Positions 50,429 through 59,363 of a stretch of DNA of 64,000 bases are shown here, one piece after another. Source of the stretch: Takakia lepidozioides (lineage: Eukaryota; Plantae; Bryophyta); the NCBI GenBank assembly GCA_030704615.1, contig CM060732.1, positions 72,726,001-72,790,000 of the forward strand. Reading direction: 5' to 3'. A model generated the notes under the pieces. That model saw only the letters and a list, made by a program, of their open reading frames with translations. It was not told the origin of the DNA and did not search any database. How positions within the stretch are numbered: the first letter of the stretch is position 1; every line of letters begins with the position of its first letter. The translations under genes were made by a program, and so were the position numbers.

Positions 50429-53400
50429 GGAAAAAAGAAGGCTTATGACACAGTGTGGAGGGATGGCCTATGGTTCCGCCTCTGGTCTTGTGGGATCAAG
50501 GGAAAGATGTGGAGAGTTGTCCACAACTTGTATGCTCACACCAAAAGCTGCGTCACTGTTAACGGACAGAAGTCCAACTTCTTTGACATAGACCAAGGTG
50601 TAGCTCAAGGATGTACTCTCTCCCCTCTGCTCTTCAATGTTTTCATCAATCAACTCCTCGAGGATGTAGAAAGTGAGGGATTTGGGTTAAGGGTGGGTGA
50701 TACCACCATACCAGCCCTTATGTTTGCGGATGACTTCGCAGGCATAGGGGAGACTCCAACCAATCTCCAGGAGTTGATTGATTGCGCGAAGAGATACTTT
50801 GATCTTTGGGGGCTAGAGGCTAATGTCAGCAAATGTGCAGTGGTAGCATTCAACGACAGAGGAGAGGGAGGAAGTGATCTTAAGTGGCAGTGGGGTAGCC
50901 AAGAGATCCCGGTCCTCCCTTCCTACACTTACCTGGGCGTTGAGTTCTCCTCCAATTGTAATTGGGATGCACATATCCGGAAAGTTGTTCAAACTGGCAA
51001 GGGCAAAGCTCTGGGGCTCACTAAATTTTTCCACTGCAGAGGGGTCAACTCTGAGGTTAAGAAAACCATGCTTTGTCGCGTTATTAGACCTGCCTTGGAG
51101 TACGGATCTGCTATATGGGTTGATAACTCCAACCAGGCTAAGTCTCTAGAATCCATTCAAGTGGGGGTGCTTAAGGAGTGTATGTCAGCATGCTCCAAAA
51201 CAGCCAATGTGGCTGTTCGGGGTGAGTTTGGCATTCCGTCCTTAAGCTCCCGACGAGATGAATTCAAGGTCAGATGGTGGGGTCAGCTGCAACATATGCC
51301 CAACACCAGATATCCTAAATTAATCGACTCTATATCTTGGAAACAGGACTGCCCTGTCAAACAGGCTAAGTCCTGGCAGAAGAGAGTAGAAGAGATCCTC
51401 AAGGACCTGGACCTGGATCTGCAAGTCTTGACCCTGCTGGATAAATCTACTTAGAGGCTGTAGTGTCCTCAGCCATGTCTGTTGCCATGAGATTGTCTGA
51501 TGAAAATGAAGTTAGGCAGAAAACTTCCCTGAACTTGTTTCCAGTCTGTGACATGGGGGAGGACATCTTGGATGACCTCAAGGGTCTACCCACTCTCGGC
51601 ACTAGACTGAAATTTAAACTCAGGGCAGGAAGCCTACCTTTGAACAGCAAACAGAAGCAGAGAGGAAAGGGAGAGTGCAATTGCCCGTTGTGTGGGCAAT
51701 CTGAAGACAGTATTCATTTTCTGATACACTGTCCGGGGTTCTCTCACCAAAGAGACGCTCTCTTCAAATCTATTAAGGGAATTGTGCCTGTACCCCTGTT
51801 TACCAACTTTGAAAGTCTCGAGGCTGAGCCAAAAGCCCAGGCCCTCCTGAGGCCTAGTTTTTGGGCAAATCACACACAGCAGATTGATGCTTGTGTGAAG
51901 GGATTTCTAGAGGATATCTGGAAAACCCGGATTAATTCTTTATATGGAGGTAAGTCTTACTACCAACGTCAGCCCCTGACAGAGGTAGGTTCTGTCCCTT
52001 TTGTTCCCGCTCAAACTGGGCGCGGGGTCAATGGCCACAAGGCTACGGCAAACAACGTCTTATGAGTACAATCTCTCTCTCTCTCCCATGCCATTTAAAC
52101 AATAGGAGAACATATACTGACTAACTGAAGAAACTAGCAAACAAAAGCAGGAAGTGTTTGTAGATGAAGGGAATGTGCGTACCCAATGCAGTTTCGCAGA
52201 TATGTCAGTGTCGAGAAATAAATTGCCAAGATGTGCTTGAATCTCCACTGTGTAATGTGTGGCTATTTTGCTGACTAGCACCTCCACCTGTCACTTCCAA
52301 TCATTAGAAAAAACCAGAATGTAAACTCTCTCTTTCTGTGCCCCCTCTCTGGCACTGTATGGCAGTGTCACACCTGTAGTGGATTGGCACTCAACCAAAT
52401 TGACATAAAAGTTTTACCCAGACATTCTACCAGCAATTGCAACATCCAGGATTCCCTGCAACCTAGCTATGCACAAGTGCTCTGGCTGTTTCAAGCAGAC
52501 TGGTGGGTACAAAGCTGTGCAGGGTCAATGGCCACCAGGTTACAGCAAACAACGTCTTGTGAGTACGTTCTCTACACGAAGCATGCCATTTCTGTGGTAA
52601 AGTCAGGGGTGTAAAACTAAAATCGACAAGTGCCACCATGAGCACCTTAATGGCAGTTGCAGGAAAATAAATCTACACCTGCATAACCTGAGCTGCGGGG
52701 ATAAGCTAAACCCCAGTGGGTGCGAACCCTGCAAAAGGCTCCCGGATGGTTAATTTTCCACAGGGACAATGGCTGTAAGGCTGTGGCAAGCCACCATTCG
52801 CAGGGAACAGCATGAGTACATTCTCTGCACGAGGCTCCCAAATGAGAGGATTGCTCAAGGTTGCATGTAGTTTAATGCTTGAGGTGGCATCTGGAAATCT
52901 TTTCCAAGCACAACAGGAACAAATTCATCAGGCAAGAGCTAGATGAATCCACTATCAAGCGGACAGGGAAATCAGTGCCACCCCTTGCAACTAAGTTACA
53001 GTTCCATCAAGAAACCGTCTTCATTCTTAATAAGGATTGAATCTTGCAGCCCAACTTCTTTGCACTTCTCTCTCCCTCTCTTCTCCCTGTCCTCTAGGAA
53101 GCCTATTGCCATTGGGTGGACTTGATACGGGAGTACATTAATGTCTCTGTGACTAAATGCCGGCCTTGTGACCTCGTGTCCTTGTTTGTTTCGACCTGAA
53201 GCGCTTTGCTCCAGGTAAGGTAGTGCATTGGATTTAGTTGGAAAGCTTGGGGCCTTTCCCTCTTTAGAATATGCCTACACGGGCCATACCCTGCAACTCC
53301 CTGGAGTGTGATCTCTGAATGGTAACAAGCCGACCCCTACCGCTTGGGGGCAGCCCCTCCGCCCAAATTGGGCAGTCGTATGCTCTGTCTAGCATACTCG

Positions 53401-56400
53401 GCACTTGGGCTCGGGTTGGTTCCTGTGCTTAAACTTATAGCCTGCGACTACAATCAAAATTTTAGCTCCTATCAACATCAACACTCCTCAGGGTGATTCC
53501 TGGGAATTGGTTACTTTGCCAAATCTAGGGCTTCATGTGTAGTTTTTGGGGTGAATCCCAGGATGGACGATGTGTCCTTTAAAACTACATGCTCTAGCAT
53601 AGGCTTGGATTTCATGGCTAATGGTACCATCTCGAGACTTGATAACAGGGGTCCGTTGAAGGTTGCAATGACCAAAAGTGCTTCTAATAGAGTCCCACAT
53701 CAATTCAATCTCAAAGAAGTTCGTCCCTTGACTGGCTGGAGTGCGGTCTTAGACATTGGTGATTCAATGGGGCGCTCTAGGAAGACAACCAAGGGCAACG
53801 ACTTCAACTTGAGAGTTTCTAATCGGTTTGATGCTCTGGATGAGGTTGAATCCAAACAGCCAGAAGGACAAGATGCCCCTAAGTGTACGGAACCTGAACG
53901 TCCTGAATCTGAAGGATTTGGTACTCTGAATGGTTTACACAAGACGAACAAATTCTATACACGGGGTAATTGTCCCCAAGCCGACAGATGGACAATCTGT
54001 CCCTAAGTGTGCAGAGCCTGAACGTCGTGTAACTGAAGGATTTGATACTCTAAATGGTTTACCAATCCTCAAAGTCTACACAAGACGAGCAAAATCTATA
54101 CACGGGGTAATTGTCCCCAAGCAGTCTGACGGACAATCTGCCCCTATGTGTGCGGAGCCTGTGCGTCGTGTAACTGAAGGATTTGGTACCCTGAATGGTT
54201 TACCAATTCTCAAAGTTTACACAAGACGGGCAAAATCTACACATGGGGTAACTGTCCCCCCTTTGCAGAACGGTTGGCCGTCCAGGAGCAATCACAAGCT
54301 ACCTAGACGACAAACAATTCACATGCAAAGGGCTGGCTTGCGGCTGGCCACTTTCAACTTCTCAGGGTTGACCAACCAAAGGAAACAACTCGAAGTGGGA
54401 CAAGTTCTTCGGACTAATGATATTCATATCTGTACTGGGCAAGAAACATGGGAAACGTCGGATAAACTGGTTGGAGATGTCAATGGTTATAAATGGGCAG
54501 GTAAGATGTGTACTCTCAAGGCAGCCTCTGCCAAACGCCGTCAAAAAGGGGTTGGATTCTTTGTCCGTGATTTCTTGTTTGACAATTGTGAAATTATCAA
54601 CAAGGGTTTGAGGTACGAGCATAGTATCAGACTAAAACTGAATCTGAAGGGCGGCATGAGTACGAAGGACCTCTTTGTGGGTTGTGTTTACATGCCCACA
54701 GAGGGGACCCTTAGTGCTGACGCAGACAAAGCCTTCGAAGATGTAAAGCTGGACTGTGCTTCGTTCCTTGCCAAAGGTCAGGTGGTGCTATTGGGTGACT
54801 TCAATGCCCGGGTGGGCAAAGGGCTCCATCAGGACGATATCATTGGACCTTTTGGTGAGGACGAGCTGAATTCTAATGGCAGACGGTTAATTAACTGTCT
54901 AGAAGAGCTTCAACTTTTGACCTTGAATAACAGGACAAGAGGTGACCAAGTGCAGTGGACTCGTGAGAAATCCCAAACTGGGGAACGTTCCATTGTGGAC
55001 TATATCATAATGGACAAAAATTGTTCCCCCAGTGTGCCAATGTGTTGATCGACAGAACTGATATTGGTACCTCTGACCACTTCCTGGTTTGGACTGAGAT
55101 CAAAAGGTGTTTTCCCAACACCAAGAGATCTGTGAAACGTTCGATTCGGAAGTGGCGCATAGAAAAATTCCATAATGAGGAGGTCAAGGCTGAGTACGTC
55201 CAGGCCTTGCAAGAGGCTCTCCCTCATTTTGTCCAATCGCTCCAAGAACTTCAGTCTCGCTCTGATAACGCAAGAAATGAAGTCGAAAGAGCAGTGGACT
55301 CTTGGGAGAGTTTCGTTTCCTCCGTGGCTGACAAGATCATTGGGAGGAAACTAATTGTCTGCGGTAGAGCTGTTAATTGGTGGACCAATGAGATTAAACT
55401 CAAGATAGCTGAGAGACGAGCCCTCTATAAAGAGTGCTGCAATTTGAAAACCAACAGAGAATTGTGGGCGAGGTACTACCAGCTCCGTAAAGATATCAAT
55501 CAGCTTGTTAGGTCTCAGAAGAAATTATACTGGGACAAGTTATACAGTGAAATAAACTCAAACCACCATGGTGGTAATGACAAGGTTGGCCCTTCAACGT
55601 TTGTACAAGCCGAAAAACGGTCAGCAAGTACAAGCGCTGAAGACTACTAAAGGTGCAGTGGTGACTTCATCAGTTGACATTGTCAAAACCTTTGAAACTC
55701 ACTACAGTATCCTTGGCAGAACTTCTAGGTCTAACAGTGAGGGGTCTTCTGCTGAATGGAGGGACACAGTTGGAAAAACTGTTCCTATGATTCAAAACAG
55801 CCCTGATGAACTGGAGTATATTTCAATGGCTTATAACGCTCCCATTAGTTCTTCTGAGATTGTGGAAGCAATTGAACATTTAAATGGATATACAGCTGGT
55901 GGACCTGATGGTATTGTCATCGAGCTTATCAAGCACGGTGGCGATCCCATGATAGAGGCCCTAGTTCTCCTCTTTAACCTTATCTGGAAGACTGAAATGA
56001 TCCCCTTTCGCTGGCGACAGGGGTCATTGTCAATCTATACAAGAAGGGTGACAGAGAAGAACCGGGGAACTACCGTGGCATCACGCTCCTCAATGCTGTT
56101 GGCAAGACATTCTGCAGAGTTATAAGTACTCGTCTCCAGGTTGATCTGGAGTCTAGAGGTTGTTTCCACGAAGGCCAAGCTGGCTTTCGGCGAAACAGGG
56201 GCTGTGTGGATCATATCTTCACTCTAAGCCAGATTATCCAGGGAAGGAAAAAAGAAGGGAAACCCACTTATGTTTTTTCCTGGATGTCAAAAAGGCTTAT
56301 GACACAGTGTGGAGAGATGGCCTATAGTTCCACCTCTGGTCTTGTGGGATCAAGGGAAAGATGTGGAGAGTTGTCCACAACTTGTATGCTCACACCAAAA

Positions 56401-58713
56401 GCTGTGTCACTGTTAACGGACAGAAGTCCAACTTCTTTGACATAGACCAAGGTGTAGCTCAAGGATGTACTCTCTCCCCTCTGCTCTTCAATGTTTTTAT
56501 CAATCAACTCCTCGAGGATGTGGAAAGTGAGGGATTTGGGTTAGGGGTGGGTGATACCACCATACCAGCCCTTATGTTTGCGGATGACTTTGCAGGCATA
56601 GGGGAGACTCCAACCAATCTCCAGGAGTTGATTGATTGCGCAAAGAGATACTTTGATCTTTGGGGGCTAGAGGCTAATGTCAGCAAATGTGCAGTGGTAG
56701 CATTCAACGACAGAGGAGAGGGAGGAAGTGATCTTAAGTGGCAGTGGGGTAGCCAAGAGATCCCGGTCCTCCCTTCCTACACTTACCTGGGCGTTGAGTT
56801 CTCCTCCAATTGTAATTGGGATGCACATATCCGGAAAGTTGTTCAAACTGGCAAGGGCAAAGCTCTGGGGCTCACTAAATTTTTCCACTGCAGAGGGGTC
56901 AACTCTGAGGTTAAGAAAACCATGCTTTGTCGCGTTATTAGACCTGCCTTGGAGTACGGATCTGCTATATGGGTTGATAACTCCAACCAGGCTAAGTCTC
57001 TAGAATCCATTCAAGTGGGGGTGCTTAAGGAGTGTATGTCAGCATGCTCCAAAACAGCCAATGTGGCTGTTCGGGGTGAGTTTGGCATTCCGTCCTTAAG
57101 CTCCCGACGAGATGAATTCAAGGTCAGATGGTGGGGTCAGCTGCAACATATGCCCAACACCAGATATCCTAAGTTAATCGACTCTATATCTTGGAAACAG
57201 GACCGCCCTGTCAAACAGGCTAAGTCCTGGCAGAAGAGACCAATATGCATAACTCTTGGCCAAGTTGTAGGTTGGTCAAGGCTTTTGTTGCCGCAACAGG
57301 TGAAACTCAAAACAGACAGACCGAGTGAAAAGGGAAAAAACGAGCAGAAGTTTAATGTCCAGCTAAGAGGACCAAGAATGCACAGAATGCTCTTATGTGA
57401 CAGACGCTGACCTTGCCTCCACTGTCACTGTGGAACAAAAACTTCTTGCCTTGGACTATGTGCACCTGTTTTTGCACTGATAAATCATTGCCATCCTGAG
57501 AACCCGTTCCGGTGTCTACCGACAAAATGGTAGTTGCCACCTGGGCACTGGCCACTGATTCCCTTGACTCCTTGCGTGCTTCTAAGGCTCTCTCTTCATT
57601 CACCTCTCGTCGCATAAATGTATCCCAAAAGAGCTTCTCTTTGTCAATCCCTTGAGAGGAATGCTTAGATTCTGAGTCAGGGTGATAAGAGCTCGTGTCT
57701 TTTCGGTGTTTGGATTTTCCACTTCCATTTGTTTCTTCCCTGGTTTTCTCTCCCATGATTTTCAGCCGTCCCATGCATGTTGACAAAGGTGGCTGAAAGG
57801 GCAAGTTGAAAACTATCTTCGCAAAAGACCCTGAATTTGAATTCCAAGATATAGAGTGCGCACTTCTGTTGCTGCGTGCCAAACCCTGCTGACATACAGT
57901 CCCTATCAATCTCTCATCCTCATGAAACATTTGAGTGAAGTGTCTGAGTAAAGCATTAGTGACTGATCACAAGGTAATAAGAAAAGCCACTGAATGCTTC
58001 TTGTCTTCCTCCCCGACTCAGAAGACCATATCTTTGCTCAGATGGTCTGGACAAGGATGGTGTTCATGTCCAAGTTGCCCATAGACAAAAGGGGAATCCA
58101 AGCAAGTCCAAGCCACATACAAGATACTAAGAATCTCCCAGCATTTCCAACATTGCTCAGTCCATGGAAGTGTATCAACCTTCCCCCAAATTTTAAGAGG
58201 AGGTTTGGCAATGTCGAGCAAACACAGATACAATCTGATCAATAGATACTCTTTAAATTACCCGAGCATCGGAATTTCCAGTGACCACTTCTAGGCACCT
58301 ACCTCTGGTTAACGCCTGACCGACACAGATTATCCCAATTAATGAATGATAGGAGCCCATGCAAATGAACAGAAAACAACCACGTACGAGGAAGAAGCAA
58401 ATATGTGTTTGAGAATGCTTTGAGAAAGAGAGAATGATGTACTAAGAAGTGATCTAACGCTTCCCCGTCACTATAGATTCTCTATCCTTATCGTAAATTG
58501 ACCCCTCGAGATGCAATTCCTCCCAGTCGGATGCCAGGCTCAGTATGACACTATCATGACTCTCTCAGAGCCAACTTCCCAACCAATGCCATGTAAGGAA
58601 AAAAGACGTACATTGCAAATAATCGGAGCCTTTCCATTTTCCGTGGGAGCAGAGCACATCGATGAAGGGCCATGAAGGATGCAGAAATTTCCAAACCGCA
58701 GAGCCATCGCCAT
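31112..58713 (-). CDS. ISA2: Isoamylase 2 (GH13 debranching family, non-catalytic subunit), about 25 exons, with a putative plastid transit peptide
   Basis: Approximate exons: 58713-58612, 57885-57412, 52287-52183, 49545-49464, 49231-49083, 48829-48660, 48340-48239, 44472-44376, 44047-43963, 43773-43638, 43062-42993, 42836-42734, 40532-40417, 40231-40165, 39792-39592, 37561-37437, 37217-37122, 36928-36898, 36430-36367, 35681-35575, 35341-35237, 34779-34699, 34084-33943, 33798-33714, 31232-31112. ISA2-type motifs: [93 protein letters not shown]. Confidence 0.9.
31369..31410. repeat. (CT)n microsatellite
   Basis: About 21 CT units. Confidence 0.95.
31423..31640 (+). mobile_element. Nested 3'-end fragments of the (TC)n-tailed LINE
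   Basis: A 29-bp insert (31423-31451) between 15-bp TSDs TCTTTTCTGATCATT, followed by a longer fragment matching 51883-52060. Confidence 0.85.
31645..31900 (+). mobile_element. Ty3/gypsy RT-RNase H connection fragment
   Basis: [26 protein letters not shown]...C..A...L...LIKTPIL...[15 protein letters not shown]. Confidence 0.85.
31930..33105 (+). mobile_element. Older degraded copies of the (TC)n-tailed LINE
   Basis: Patchy similarity to 51060-52070. Ends in TATGAATACTTTCTCTCT. Confidence 0.75.
35717..36290 (-). mobile_element. Non-LTR retrotransposon RNase H fragment (Dualen/RandI- or L1-type)
   Basis: AIFEAL...YIFTDNL, frameshift, then [21 protein letters not shown]. Confidence 0.75.
36628..36762 (+). 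mobile_element. 5'-truncated (TC)-family LINE 3' end with 14-bp TSD
   Basis: TCTATTCAGGAAAC at 36614-36627 and 36763-36776. Confidence 0.9.
37684..39568 (-). mobile_element. 5'-truncated RTE/RTEX-like LINE (RT plus C-terminal CCHC), (CATTT)n tail
   Basis: [34 protein letters not shown] and YRYLG, one frameshift near 38590, then [30 protein letters not shown] and a 3' UTR ending (CATTT)3. Confidence 0.93.
40790..41500 (-). mobile_element. Cluster of stacked 3' fragments of the (CATTT)n LINE family
   Basis: Repeated CTTATGGGA / GGAAAGCTC 3' UTR motifs and [16 protein letters not shown]...[12 protein letters not shown]. Confidence 0.8.
41508..42326 (-). mobile_element. Internally deleted (TC)-family LINE 3' portion
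   Basis: Reverse complement of about 51133-52075 with deletions. Confidence 0.9.
42360..42715 (-). mobile_element. Two tandem 3' ends of the (CATTT)n LINE family
   Basis: Units start at about 42362 and 42487. GAAGAGA recurs at the junctions (about 42356, 42481 and 42714). Confidence 0.85.
43257..43330 (-). other. 74-bp PPR-coding snippet inside an ISA2 intron
   Basis: Reverse complement translates [23 protein letters not shown], closely matching 23645-23717. Confidence 0.8.
44598..45610 (+). mobile_element. Rearranged (TC)-family LINE remnant: 5' UTR, inverted segment, forward segment
   Basis: 44598-44820 resembles 53080-53300. 44877-45143 is the reverse complement of about 54953-55223. 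45144-45610 resembles 55228-55707. Confidence 0.8.
46140..46430 (+). mobile_element. (CATTT)-family 3' ends immediately followed by a (TC)-family 3' end with 16-bp TSD
   Basis: TTCTCTTG(C/A)CCTCATT at 46273-46288 and 46415-46430. Confidence 0.85.
46520..47580 (+). mobile_element. Degraded (CATTT)-family LINE
   Basis: [48 protein letters not shown]. Confidence 0.8.
49930..50385 (+). mobile_element. Non-LTR element 3' end with a restriction-like endonuclease (RLE)-type remnant
   Basis: [11 protein letters not shown]...W...[11 protein letters not shown]...L..HLTAI, followed by a short UTR and (CT)n. Confidence 0.45.
50386..50426. repeat. (CT)n microsatellite
   Basis: About 20 units directly upstream of a LINE copy. 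Confidence 0.95.
50427..52085 (+). mobile_element. 5'-truncated (TC)n-tailed LINE (RT C-terminal half plus CCHC)
   Basis: [20 protein letters not shown] and [17 protein letters not shown]. The ORF stop lies inside TATGAGTACAA and is followed by (TC)n. Confidence 0.93.
53080..57239 (+). mobile_element. Near full-length (TC)-family LINE: 5' UTR, repeat-containing N-terminus, APE endonuclease, RT; 3' end missing
   Basis: ATFNFSG, GQETW, GVGF, LLGDFNA, SIVDYI and SDH (APE), then NYRGITL, QAGFR, GVAQG and FADD (RT). About 5 frameshifts. 56290-57238 is nearly identical to 50437-51385. Confidence 0.93.
53870..54260 (+). repeat. Three tandem ~126-bp coding repeats
   Basis: [40 protein letters not shown] units starting near 53877, 54001 and 54143. 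Confidence 0.85.
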
Positions 58714-59037
58714 AGCTTTGTTCGCGGCTATGATCACCTCCGACTGCTGCACTCCATGGATTCACTTCACACACCTCCTCTACTTAGCCAATTCACGATT
58801 CACTTCGCACACTCGTCTAGCCAGTTCACCTCTCCTCGCGGATGCCGCGTGCTCATCATCCATTCGCTCTTGGTTTTACTCGGAAAATGAGTCCGTGGAT
58901 GCGTGGCAACACGGATGGACGATGAGATTTTATTTTTTTTTTTTTTTTGGGGGCAATGAGTCATCAAAATGTAATGCATGGCGCAAGGAAAAAATAACCT
59001 TGCAGACAACCATGGAGGCTTTTACAAAAGAGACCGG

Positions 59038-59045
59038 GAAAAAAA

Positions 59046-59076
<31 letters not shown>

Positions 59077-59086
59077 CAAAAAAAAC
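59038..59086. repeat. Poly(A)/(AAAAC)n simple repeat
   Basis: Visible directly in the sequence. Confidence 0.9.
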
Positions 59087-59363
59087 ACTCCTATATAACC
59101 GAGGAGAATGTTGAAATTTGGAATTAGTGAACCAAGACTACCCCCAGATTACTAGGAAGTTTACTGACAGCTTTTGTAGCTAGCACGTAGATTATGGTAT
59201 GGACTGATGATCCAACTAGTCTTCTTCGCTTATCGTTGAGAGTAATCGCTCAGGTCCAGTCATTCTTAATCTGGACCTGATCTTCCCTGTGGTTCTCGTT
59301 GAATCGAACATTGTATATATTCACCAGCTTCATGCGGGACTGAACATTCTTTATATAAAATTT

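Noticed and set aside
53551-57239. Programmed frameshifting in the LINE ORF
   Set aside because: Several shifts fall in homopolymers or small deletions, so decay or sequencing error is more likely.
59190-59205. Primer-binding site and 5' LTR of the copia element
   Set aside because: Only TGGTAT matches tRNA-Met, and no second LTR is available for confirmation.
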